From: a bacterium
Lineage (GTDB): Bacteria > Patescibacteriota > Patescibacteriia > Patescibacteriales > UBA12465
Length of the DNA stretch: 64,000 bases
Reading direction: 5' to 3'
Assembly (NCBI GenBank): GCA_035400585.1
Contig: DAOMZR010000001.1
Span: forward strand, 306,643 to 370,642
Shown: positions 46,606 to 55,087 of the stretch, one piece after another
Position numbering within the stretch: position 1 is the stretch's first letter
Layout: each line of letters starts with the position of its first letter
Translations under genes and position numbers: made by a program
The notes under the pieces: generated by a model
The model's database searches: none
What the model was told of the DNA's origin: nothing
Seen by the model: the letters and a program-made list of their open reading frames with translations, nothing else

Positions 46606-47001
46606 ATGGAGAAAAAAATTAAAATGATAATTGAATGGACTAAAACAAAAATAAAAATAAATTTAAAAACTTCAGATAATGTTTATTTTTATATTAAAGA
46701 AATTTGGTGGACAAACATTGGTTCGAATATTGGGTTTGAACAAGATGGAAAAGGAAAAAATTTTTCCAGACCAATTTTAATAATTAAAAAGTTTAATAAA
46801 AATATGCTTTGGGCAATCCCTCTAACCAGTAAACACAAAGAAGGTAGCTATTTCTACAATTTATATCATCAAAACAACAATTATACTTTAATATTGCCTC
46901 AATTAAAATTAATTAGTAGCAAAAGATTAATAAGAAAAATAACAAAAATACCTCAAAATGACTTTACAAAAATAAAAAGTGAAATAAAAAAATTTCTATA
47001 A
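46606..47001 (+). CDS. PemK/MazF-fold toxin-like protein (131 aa), no adjacent antitoxin
   Basis: Colinear with MazF/EndoA: EIWWTNIGSNIGFEQDGKGKNFSRPILII, WAIPLTSK, TLILPQLKLISSKRLIRKITKI. Has a ~30-aa N-terminal extension. Confidence 0.7.
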   Translation: MEKKIKMIIEWTKTKIKINLKTSDNVYFYIKEIWWTNIGSNIGFEQDGKGKNFSRPILIIKKFNKNMLWAIPLTSKHKEGSYFYNLYHQNNNYTLILPQLKLISSKRLIRKITKIPQNDFTKIKSEIKKFL

Positions 47002-47006
47002 AAAAC

Positions 47007-47033
47007 GACCTTCGTTTTACAAAAACGAAGGTC
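47007..47033. terminator. terminator hairpin between convergent MazF-like gene and ruvA
   Basis: GACCTTCGTTT-5 nt-AAACGAAGGTC. The T run lies on the minus strand, so it mainly serves ruvA. Confidence 0.55.
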
Positions 47034-47103
47034 TCGGAGTTAGTACTTATATGCTAACCAATTATAAAAGTAGTATAACAAATTTTTTTAAAAAAAGCAA
47101 TAG

Positions 47104-47676
47104 CTATTTAGACATCTTTTTCAACGCCTCTTTGATTCTAGAACTAACATCAGAGATACTGGGATCAACCTGATTTAAGGCTTCTCTGGCCTCTGAAAGC
47201 GAATAACCTAAGGCTAGTAAGGCATCAATATCATCGCCACCAAATGAAATACCGCTATCTAAATTATAAGATCCATTTTTAAACAATTTATCTTTAAGTT
47301 CCAAAACAAGTCTCTCGGCTGTTTTTTTGCCAATACCAGAGACTTTAACTAGTAAAGCCGGGTCACCTTTAATAATTGATTCTTTAACATCTGAAATACT
47401 GGCGATCGATAAAATATTCATAGCTGATTTTGGACCAACACCGGAAACAGATAACAGCATTTCGTAAAAATCTAATTCTTCTAAAGTTCTAAAACCATAT
47501 AAATCAGAGGCGTCTTCTCGAACAACATGATAAATATAAATTTCGACTTCGTTGTCTTTCTTTAAAATATCATAAAAACTGGAACCAACATAAACTTTAT
47601 AACCAATATTGTCCACCAACAAAATAACGCCGTTTGTTAATTTGTCTAAAATTTTTCCCTTTAGATAGCTAATCAT
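47104..47676 (-). CDS. ruvA: Holliday junction DNA helicase subunit RuvA
   Basis: MISYLKGKI...VGYKVYV...LLSVSGVGPKSAMNILS...VSGIGKKTAERLVLELKDK. Confidence 0.9.
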   Translation of the reverse strand: MISYLKGKILDKLTNGVILLVDNIGYKVYVGSSFYDILKKDNEVEIYIYHVVREDASDLYGFRTLEELDFYEMLLSVSGVGPKSAMNILSIASISDVKESIIKGDPALLVKVSGIGKKTAERLVLELKDKLFKNGSYNLDSGISFGGDDIDALLALGYSLSEAREALNQVDPSISDVSSRIKEALKKMSK

Positions 47677-47681
47677 ATTTT

Positions 47682-48917
47682 TTATTTAATTTTTCTTCTA
47701 AGCACTGCTAACTCTGGTATATTAGATTTGCTTTTTATTTCTAAAATAATTTCCTGACCGCCACCGCCACCATGTGCTTCTAAAATTTCTTGTTTAGTTT
47801 TATAGTCCAACATCTTATCAACCTTAAAGTTAATAATTTCGTAATCAGGCAAAATTATTTCTACTAAATCACCCTGATTAATAGTATTGTGTACTTTTAT
47901 TTTCAAAACAAAAATATCTTTTTTCTTTTCACTGAAAACAACCTGGCCACAAAATTCCCAATCAGATGAAAAATGAGAATTATCAACATTTTGATCGGCT
48001 TTTTTACCTAATAGAAAGCCCTTAGTATAGCCACGATGGGTCATTTTGTTAAGCAATTCATTATGCAAAAAACCAATTTTCTTTTTATCTTTAATTGCTC
48101 TTTTATAAATAGCAATAACATTAGCCAAATAATAAACACTTTTGGCCCTACCCTCTATTTTAAAACTACCGACACCAGCTTTAATTAAATCATGAAGATG
48201 TTCTATTAAACACAAATCTTTAGAATTTAATAAGTAGGAACCGTGCTTTTCTTCAACCAATTCCAAAACTTCATCATGACCCTTGGCTTTGATAAAAACA
48301 TCATATTCCCAACGACAAGGTTGAACACAATCTCCTAGATTAGCACTACGATTTAAAAAATCTTTAGACAAAAAACAACGACCAGAGTAAGACATACACA
48401 TTGCTCCATGAACAAAATATTCCAATTCTATTTTAGGACAATTTTTACGAATCTCTTTTATTTCTTGAAGCGTTGTTTCCCTACCCAAAATTATTCTCTT
48501 TACACCTTGTTTTTGCCAAAACTTAACAGCTTCATAATTAGTACAGTTAGCTTGGGTAGATAAATGCAGATCTATTTTGGGACAATATTTTTTTAACAAA
48601 GATAAAATTCCAGGATCAGAAAAGATTAAAGCATCTGGCTTTATTTGATTTATCTTTTTTAAATATGGGATTATTTTTTTTAAATGATGATTGTGAGCAA
48701 AAATATTAACAGTTACATAAACACGAACTTTTTTGTTATGAGCATAATCAACAGCTTCTTTTATTTTTTTTAAATCAAAATCATTGATCCTAACTCTTAA
48801 AGAAAAGTCAGGAATACCTAAATAAATTGCATCGGCTCCATAAAAAATAGCTGTTTTCATTTTTTCTAAGTTACCAGCTGGAGCCAATAATTCTATTTTT
48901 TTGTTATTTTTCGTCAT
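47682..48917 (-). CDS. peptidase U32 family protein
   Basis: ELLAPAGNLEKMKTAIFYGADAIYLG, GRETTLQEI, ELEYFVHGAMCMSYSGRC. Confidence 0.85.
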   Translation of the reverse strand: MTKNNKKIELLAPAGNLEKMKTAIFYGADAIYLGIPDFSLRVRINDFDLKKIKEAVDYAHNKKVRVYVTVNIFAHNHHLKKIIPYLKKINQIKPDALIFSDPGILSLLKKYCPKIDLHLSTQANCTNYEAVKFWQKQGVKRIILGRETTLQEIKEIRKNCPKIELEYFVHGAMCMSYSGRCFLSKDFLNRSANLGDCVQPCRWEYDVFIKAKGHDEVLELVEEKHGSYLLNSKDLCLIEHLHDLIKAGVGSFKIEGRAKSVYYLANVIAIYKRAIKDKKKIGFLHNELLNKMTHRGYTKGFLLGKKADQNVDNSHFSSDWEFCGQVVFSEKKKDIFVLKIKVHNTINQGDLVEIILPDYEIINFKVDKMLDYKTKQEILEAHGGGGGQEIILEIKSKSNIPELAVLRRKIK

Positions 48918-48984
48918 AACTTTATTATATCATATTTTATCTATATTTCCAGGCAGATAAAAAAACACAAATTATTTCAAAATA

Positions 48985-49013
48985 TTGAAAAAAATCAATA
49001 TTATTTGTATAAT
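48985..49013 (+). promoter_or_regulatory. promoter for 49026..49298
   Basis: TTGAAA (48985..48990), 17 nt, TATAAT (49008..49013). The ATG is 13 nt after the -10. Confidence 0.55.
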
Positions 49014-49025
49014 CTTTAAAACGAT

Positions 49026-49298
49026 ATGTACGGAGATAAAAAAACAACTAAAATAAATCAAGAATTATCTTCTAAAAAAGAAAGAGAGATTTTTTTATCT
49101 GTTTCAGAATCGGCTAAACTAATTGGAGTTGATAGTAAAACTATTCGTAGAGCTATTAAATCCAAAAAAATAAAATACAAAATTAATAATAATCGCTACG
49201 CCATAAAATTCCCCTCCCTGATTAACTTTGCTCGAAGTTCAATCAAGTTAAGAAATAAATTTTACAGCCAAGGAATAGGAAAATATATCAAAGATTAA
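49026..49298 (+). CDS. small helix-turn-helix DNA-binding protein (excisionase/MerR-type HTH)
   Basis: LSVSESAKLIGVDSKTIRRAIKSKKIKY resembles the HTH_17/excisionase-type motif. Basic, 90 aa. Confidence 0.6.
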   Translation: MYGDKKTTKINQELSSKKEREIFLSVSESAKLIGVDSKTIRRAIKSKKIKYKINNNRYAIKFPSLINFARSSIKLRNKFYSQGIGKYIKD

Positions 49299-49322
49299 CA
49301 TAGGTCCATTACTACAATTATT

Positions 49323-49351
49323 AAAAAGAGCCCAGAAAAGGGCTCTTTTTT
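49323..49351. terminator. bidirectional terminator (HTH gene / hup)
   Basis: AAAAAGAGCCC-AGAAAA-GGGCTCTTTTT. Confidence 0.65.
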
Positions 49352-49375
49352 ATTTCCGAACTAATTCTTCAAAAA

Positions 49376-49648
49376 TTATAAGATAGCATCTTTAGCAGCT
49401 TTAGCTACTTTAAATTTAACAACTTTTTTAGCTGGGATTTGAATTTGTTCACCAGTGGCAGGATTTCTACCGATTCTAGCCTTGCGATCAATTTTTACTA
49501 ATTTACCGAATCCAGGTAAAACAAATTGACCGTCTTTTTTAGCTGTTTTGTAAGCCATGTCTGTTAACTTGTCCATCAAGTTAACAACATCTTTTTTGCT
49601 TAAGCCTGTTTGCTCGGCTAAAGTTGTCATTAATTGAGCTTTTGTCAT
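49376..49648 (-). CDS. hup: DNA-binding protein HU
   Basis: MTKAQLMTTLAEQTGLSKKDV...GFGKLVKIDRKARIGRNPATGEQIQIPAKKVVKFK. Confidence 0.92.
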   Translation of the reverse strand: MTKAQLMTTLAEQTGLSKKDVVNLMDKLTDMAYKTAKKDGQFVLPGFGKLVKIDRKARIGRNPATGEQIQIPAKKVVKFKVAKAAKDAIL

Positions 49649-49655
49649 AATTTTT

Positions 49656-49692
49656 AATTAGTTTTTTAAATAAAATTATTTAAAAACTAATT
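49656..49692. promoter_or_regulatory. AT-only palindrome abutting the hup start codon
   Basis: AATTAGTTTTTTAAATAA / TTATTTAAAAACTAATT with one bulge, starting 8 nt from the ATG at 49648. Confidence 0.4.
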
Positions 49693-49874
49693 GTTAAAAT
49701 TAATTATAAAATTAATTATTTTAATAACTAATCGATGAAGAATTAATTATTACACTTATATTATAGCATTTTTAAAAAATATAGCAATATTTGCCATAAA
49801 ATCAGCCCTCTTGCTTTTTTTCTACTTTTATTATAATATATTTTGAAACCGTATATTAACAAAAAATCCCGAAA

Positions 49875-50483
49875 ATGTCAGTACATAGTGAAATTGAAAA
49901 AATGGAGTTTATCACTAGAAATAGACTTGAAAATTTTTGGAAAGTAAGCAGTAAAAATAAGGAGATTCACTTCCTTCCTGCTGAATTTTCAGGAAACGGT
50001 GCAAACCAATTTGTGATTTATTTAAATGGATTATCTGTTCAAGAACAAATAAAAAAAACGAATGGCCTTATAAACTATCCATTCGAAAGTCAAGAACGAA
50101 CATTTGGAATTAGAAAAAATAGATTTTGGACAAATTCTGAAGAGAAAATCCTTAAAAAAATCGCAAATGAAAAAGGTCGCCCTGGTTATTATTTGGTAGA
50201 AATAATTGAAAATTTTACAGATGATAATCTACCAAAAAATTGGAGACCGGCCTCTGTTAATGAAACCACAGAAATACTTCAAAGTATTTTCTATGTATCT
50301 GGCTTAAGATATTTAGAAGACAGAATGCATATAGCATCAGAGGAAAACAAAACAGTATTAGCTGTCGGAGATTTCAAGCCAGGGCAAGGTCTCGAAATAT
50401 GGCGGGGCCACAAGGAAATATTCAAAAAGTACAAAAAACAAGGAGCAATTCTTGTTTACCAAGTAAACGAAAAGCGCTTATAA
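49875..50483 (+). CDS. hypothetical cytoplasmic protein (202 aa)
   Basis: ATG start, upstream TTGCTT...TATAAT element and a terminator. No TM segment and no recognisable motif. Confidence 0.6.
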   Translation: MSVHSEIEKMEFITRNRLENFWKVSSKNKEIHFLPAEFSGNGANQFVIYLNGLSVQEQIKKTNGLINYPFESQERTFGIRKNRFWTNSEEKILKKIANEKGRPGYYLVEIIENFTDDNLPKNWRPASVNETTEILQSIFYVSGLRYLEDRMHIASEENKTVLAVGDFKPGQGLEIWRGHKEIFKKYKKQGAILVYQVNEKRL

Positions 50484-50500
50484 TAGCGCTTTTATTTTTT
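50471..50500 (+). terminator. terminator of 49875..50483
   Basis: AAAGCGCT-TATAAT-AGCGCTTT followed by TATTTTTT. The hairpin includes the stop codon. Confidence 0.6.
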
Positions 50501-50517
50501 ATAAATACACAAAAACA

Positions 50518-51573
50518 TTAGATCTGCTCCTTGCTCTGTTTGCGTTCTATTTCATAGATATGCAACACTGTTGTAGCCAAAGCAATAATTAGTGGTCCAA
50601 TTACAACTCCCCAAAAACCAAAAACCAAAATACCGCCCATAATAGAAAAAATTATAAATATTGGGTTAACTTCGGAGCGACCCTTAATTATATAAGCCCT
50701 AATAAGCTCGTCAACGTTACTGACGACGAGCCAGCACCAAGCAATTATAAAAATAGCCTGCCAAATATTACCGGTAATCATTAAATAAATAGCAACTGGA
50801 ATATAAAAAATTGATGATCCAATATAAGGAATTAATGACAAAAAAGCCATTATAATAAAAACAAACAAAAACGGCCAACCAATTATCAAAAAACCAAGAG
50901 CACCAATTAGCCCTTGAGCAAAAGCAGTGACAAAAATAGAAACTAGCGTTACATAACTAACTCTTTTAAACTTTTTAATTATTTCAAAATCATATTTATC
51001 TGGTAGAGGTGACCAATCAACCATTTTTTTAATCATTTTATCTCCATCAGCGAAAAAGAAAAACATAGTCAATAAAATAGCGACCAAAGAAAAAGCAAAA
51101 CTGGTAGTGCCCTTAATTAAAATTGTCGCCCCACTCATCAACCAATCACTAATATTTTTTGTGAAATCAATGATTATTTTTTTAATTTCCTCTTCATTTA
51201 TTGTCGGGATATTTAATTTTTTTAAAAAATCGTTTTGCAAAATTTCCGATTGATTCATAATGTTGGTAAAAGTTTCAAAGGCTAGCGGAGCTTTTTTACC
51301 AGCATAAATTATTAAATTAGTAGCAGGAATAATGACTAAAAGTAAAAGCAAAAAACACATTAAAAAAGAAGCTAAATATTTTTTACCGAAAAAAATTTTT
51401 CTTAACCAATCATAAGCCTTATAAAAAACAGAGGATAAAACAGCGGCTATAATTATTTCAACAAAAAAAGGCTTAAACAAGATAAAAACCAAAATCAAAG
51501 AGATTATAATTAAAACTATAAGAAAAAAATAATGATTATCCTTGTTGATTTTAAAATTCGTAGGCTTGTCCAT
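50518..51573 (-). CDS. AI-2E family (PerM-like) transporter
   Basis: Seven to eight TM segments with the typical ...GLIGALGFLIIGWPF...IPYIGS... region. Confidence 0.85.
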   Translation of the reverse strand: MDKPTNFKINKDNHYFFLIVLIIISLILVFILFKPFFVEIIIAAVLSSVFYKAYDWLRKIFFGKKYLASFLMCFLLLLLVIIPATNLIIYAGKKAPLAFETFTNIMNQSEILQNDFLKKLNIPTINEEEIKKIIIDFTKNISDWLMSGATILIKGTTSFAFSLVAILLTMFFFFADGDKMIKKMVDWSPLPDKYDFEIIKKFKRVSYVTLVSIFVTAFAQGLIGALGFLIIGWPFLFVFIIMAFLSLIPYIGSSIFYIPVAIYLMITGNIWQAIFIIAWCWLVVSNVDELIRAYIIKGRSEVNPIFIIFSIMGGILVFGFWGVVIGPLIIALATTVLHIYEIERKQSKEQI

Positions 51574-52915
51574 ACTCAGGTATTATAAAATTAGTTTTTA
51601 TTTTTTTAGAAGCATCGTCTCTAAATTTAACATTAGATTCTTCCTCGCCATGAACAACAAAAACATGTTGTGGTTTTGGATTTTTTATTCTTTTAAGCCA
51701 GGATAAAAGAGCGCCATGATCAGCGTGAGCTGAATAAGAATTTATTGTAGATACTTTGGCCCTGACTGGAACAGTTGCATTATCGATTACAACAGTCTTA
51801 TGCCCAGTCATTAATTTTCTTCCCAAAGAACCCTTGACTTGATAGGCCACTAATAAAACATGGCTGTTAGGATCATCTAAATTAAATTTTAAATGATACT
51901 GAATACGTCCACCCATACACATACCGCCACCGGCTAAAACAACTTTCGGTGGTCGTAAATTATTGATGGTTTTTGATTGTTGTGAACTTAAAGTAAATTC
52001 TAAACCAGGGAAATCAAATAAATCATCGCCTGAAACTATTAATTCGGTAGATTCTTTGTCGTATAAATATTCATAATTCTTATAAATTTCAGTGGCTTTA
52101 ATTGCCAAAGGGCTGTCTAAAAACATGGGCACATAAGGAATTTTTTTATTTTCGACTAAGCTATTTAATTCATAAAGTATTTCTTGCACTTTTTCCAAGG
52201 CAAAAATTGGAATCATTAAAGTTCCTTTGTTTTTAATACATTCAATTACTGCTTTTCTTATTTGTTTTATCCCCTCCTCTCTTGATTCGTGCTCTTGTCC
52301 GGCATAAGTTGACTCTATAAAAACCAAATCGGCTCCAGCAACAAAATCAAGATCTCTAATAATTCTAGCCGGAGAATTTCCCAAGTCACCAGAAAAAACT
52401 AATTTTTTTTCTTTTTTATTTTCTTTAATCCAAACTTCAAAAAAACTAGAACCTAAAACATGACCAGAATTACCAAGTTTTATTTTTACATCACCAGCAA
52501 TTACAATTTCTTCATTATAAGGCAACTCTTTAAAAAGTTTAGAAACAAAAAAAACATCATCTTCGGAATAAAACGGTTCCATCCCATGACTTAGAGCTTC
52601 TGAAGAAATTATTTTAGCAGAGTCTGTAAGCATTAAAACAGTTAAATCTCTGGTGGCGGCTGTACAATAAATTTTTCCTCGAAAACCATCTTTAAAAAGT
52701 TTTGGGAGTCGGCCACAATGATCAATGTGAGCATGAGTAAGCAAAACAAAGTCAATTTCTGAGGCCTTAAAATCAAATTCGTCAAAGTTGCGACTTGAAA
52801 CGAAATCCTCCCCTTGAAACATTCCACAATCAACTAAAAATTTAGTTTTTTTAGTTTCTACTAGCGTGCAAGAACCAGTCACTTCTCGACAAGCTCCGTG
52901 AAAAGATATTTTCAT
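51551..52915 (-). CDS. MBL-fold beta-CASP RNA-metabolising nuclease
   Basis: LLTHAHIDHCGRLP (HxHxDH), FIESTYAG, SAHAD, VVHGE motifs of beta-CASP enzymes. Confidence 0.85.
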   Translation of the reverse strand: MKISFHGACREVTGSCTLVETKKTKFLVDCGMFQGEDFVSSRNFDEFDFKASEIDFVLLTHAHIDHCGRLPKLFKDGFRGKIYCTAATRDLTVLMLTDSAKIISSEALSHGMEPFYSEDDVFFVSKLFKELPYNEEIVIAGDVKIKLGNSGHVLGSSFFEVWIKENKKEKKLVFSGDLGNSPARIIRDLDFVAGADLVFIESTYAGQEHESREEGIKQIRKAVIECIKNKGTLMIPIFALEKVQEILYELNSLVENKKIPYVPMFLDSPLAIKATEIYKNYEYLYDKESTELIVSGDDLFDFPGLEFTLSSQQSKTINNLRPPKVVLAGGGMCMGGRIQYHLKFNLDDPNSHVLLVAYQVKGSLGRKLMTGHKTVVIDNATVPVRAKVSTINSYSAHADHGALLSWLKRIKNPKPQHVFVVHGEEESNVKFRDDASKKIKTNFIIPEYGQAYEF

Positions 52916-52969
52916 AAAAAAATAATATTATTTATCTATAAATAATATAACATAAATCCTTAAAAAAGA

Positions 52970-52992
52970 AAAAAACCTTTTAAAAAGGTTTT
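52970..52992. terminator. palindromic terminator after dCMP deaminase gene
   Basis: AAAAACCTTTT/AAAAGGTTTTT palindrome. Confidence 0.5.
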
Positions 52993-53000
52993 TACTATTT

Positions 53001-53582
53001 TTAGCCACAACAAGAACCAGAACAGCCCGAACAGGAATGGTCCTTCTCTTTTTTGTCTTTAATTAAAGCACTGGAATAAACCTCTTTATCATCTATTAAA
53101 TCATTTTCGGCCCAATCCTTAACCCATTCATCAATTTTATATATTTTAATCGATCCATCGGCTCTGCCAAGAACCATTTCGTTAAGTCCGGCATTAATTA
53201 TCATCTTTTTGCAAATAAAACAGGGATAAGCGTCCATCGGCAAAAAATCAGAATTGCCATCAAATTTTTCCGAATAAAGATAGATTGTCCCCCCCAGCAA
53301 ACTAACCCCGGCCCGAGCTGAATTAATAATAGCATTTTGTTCGGCATGAACACTGCGACACATCTCATATCTTTGTCCAGAAGGAATTCCCATTTGAGTT
53401 CTCAAACAATTTCCTCGCTCCAAACAATCCTTGGTTTTTCGAGGAGCTCCATTATAACCAGTAGAAATAATTTGATCGTCTCTAACTATAATTGAACCGT
53501 GTCTAGCCCTAAAACAAGTGGCCCGACGAGAAACTTCCTTGGTTATATTCATGTAATATTCCAATTTTGAAATTCTGCTCAT
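53001..53582 (-). CDS. dCMP deaminase (ComEB-like) with Cys-rich C-terminal tail
   Basis: HAEQNAI and YPCFICKKMI zinc motifs. It ends ...KDHSCSGCSGSCCG. Confidence 0.88.
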   Translation of the reverse strand: MSRISKLEYYMNITKEVSRRATCFRARHGSIIVRDDQIISTGYNGAPRKTKDCLERGNCLRTQMGIPSGQRYEMCRSVHAEQNAIINSARAGVSLLGGTIYLYSEKFDGNSDFLPMDAYPCFICKKMIINAGLNEMVLGRADGSIKIYKIDEWVKDWAENDLIDDKEVYSSALIKDKKEKDHSCSGCSGSCCG

Positions 53583-53738
53583 ATTTTTAAATTAATTAAT
53601 TCACTATCATTTATTATAAATAATAGCAATAAAAAGATTTAATAACAACCGTTGACAAGAAACTATTAAAATTACAATATTTTCTTTTGGGCAAAAATAT
53701 GGTATAATTAAAATAATAAAGAAAATAAATCAAAAAAT

Positions 53739-54146
53739 ATGGAAAACAAACAAAAAAAGTATGGGTTGTTGGTACTGAGTATAGTTGTTTTTCTCTTGTT
53801 TATTTTATCAATCTATCTTTATTTTAAAGGAAACGAAATTCAAGAAAAAAACGTTCAACAAGCTAATCAAGAACAAAAATCCGAGGACACTAATATGATA
53901 AAAAACGAATTAACCAGTGAAGAACAACAAACTGTTTTAAAATATTTAGAAGAAAATATTTCTGACATATCAACTGAAAAAGAAGTCTTGGGCGGTAAAT
54001 TTTATATTACCTCTCTTGATTTCTTGGATGGAAATAATGCCGTCATAGAATATGAAGATGGTCATATAGCCCTAAAAGCAGAAATTAATTTTCAATACAT
54101 AGACGAAAACAATATTACAATCAATAAATTTGAAATTATAGAATAG
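53739..54146 (+). CDS. anchored hypothetical protein (135 aa)
   Basis: One N-terminal TM and a small beta-rich C-terminal domain. TGGTATAAT extended -10 upstream. Confidence 0.55.
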   Translation: MENKQKKYGLLVLSIVVFLLFILSIYLYFKGNEIQEKNVQQANQEQKSEDTNMIKNELTSEEQQTVLKYLEENISDISTEKEVLGGKFYITSLDFLDGNNAVIEYEDGHIALKAEINFQYIDENNITINKFEIIE

Positions 54147-54157
54147 AAAATACCAAT

Positions 54158-54192
54158 AAAAAAAACAGCCAAAATTTTCTGGCTGTTTTTTT
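54158..54192. terminator. bidirectional terminator
   Basis: A run-CAGCCA-8 nt-TGGCTG-T run. Confidence 0.65.
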
Positions 54193-54199
54193 GTTTTAT

Positions 54200-55078
54200 C
54201 TAATTTAATTTATTATCTACAACAGAAGCAAAATCACGGTTATATATTTCCAAAAAATTTCTTAAAATCAGCTGACTATTATCATAAAGACAATGTTCTG
54301 GTTCAATTTTTCTAAGAAAAGGAACGACAACATCAACAATTACTGGTGCATATTTGTTAATTAATTTTTTCTTCTTGGCGCCATTAGTTAATAAATGATT
54401 TTTCGAAATATTGTTCAAAAGATCAGCGCATTTAATAACACCCAAACCCTGATCATTGTGTTCTAGTAAGTCGGAGAAATATTCTCTATACATCTTATTT
54501 TTTATTTTTTGTCTTTTTTCAGGAGTAACATCAAAATTCAAAGAATCTATTAAATCATCAAAGTCTGGCTTAGATAATCTTCTAATTCTTTCAGCAATTA
54601 AGGAGTTAAAATTATCTTTAATTTCTAAATAAGCTATTTCTCTAATTTCATCAGAAAATTTACCAACAAAACTTCTAAGATTCAAAATATTAAAAACAGA
54701 ATTGGAAAAAAAATTGTTTTTTTCTAAATAATTAGCAAAAAGTCTTTCTGACTGATCTTCCATAGCATCGTGCAACAAGGCAGTAATTACTAAATCAACT
54801 TTATTTAATTTAAATTTTTCAATTATAATAGTTGCTACCTCCAAAGGATGTTCAATATAAGGTTGTCCATCTGGTTGTACTTGATCTTCGTGAACTTCCT
54901 TGGCGATCAATAAAGCTTTATTAATCTCCAAAATATCTTTTTTAGAAAAATTACTATCAACCAATTCCAAAAAATCTTTCTCAAATTTATTTTCTTCATT
55001 TTTTTCTAACTCTTTATCAGGCTCAAATGAATAATCTTTTTCTGATAAAACGTTAGGCATTGATTCTTTGAAACTCAT
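54200..55078 (-). CDS. stand-alone RelA/SpoT-type HD hydrolase domain protein
   Basis: HPLEVATIIIEKF...VITALLHDAMEDQ, as in (p)ppGpp hydrolase domains. No synthetase domain. Confidence 0.7.
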   Translation of the reverse strand: MSFKESMPNVLSEKDYSFEPDKELEKNEENKFEKDFLELVDSNFSKKDILEINKALLIAKEVHEDQVQPDGQPYIEHPLEVATIIIEKFKLNKVDLVITALLHDAMEDQSERLFANYLEKNNFFSNSVFNILNLRSFVGKFSDEIREIAYLEIKDNFNSLIAERIRRLSKPDFDDLIDSLNFDVTPEKRQKIKNKMYREYFSDLLEHNDQGLGVIKCADLLNNISKNHLLTNGAKKKKLINKYAPVIVDVVVPFLRKIEPEHCLYDNSQLILRNFLEIYNRDFASVVDNKLN

Positions 55079-55087
55079 ATTAAAAAA

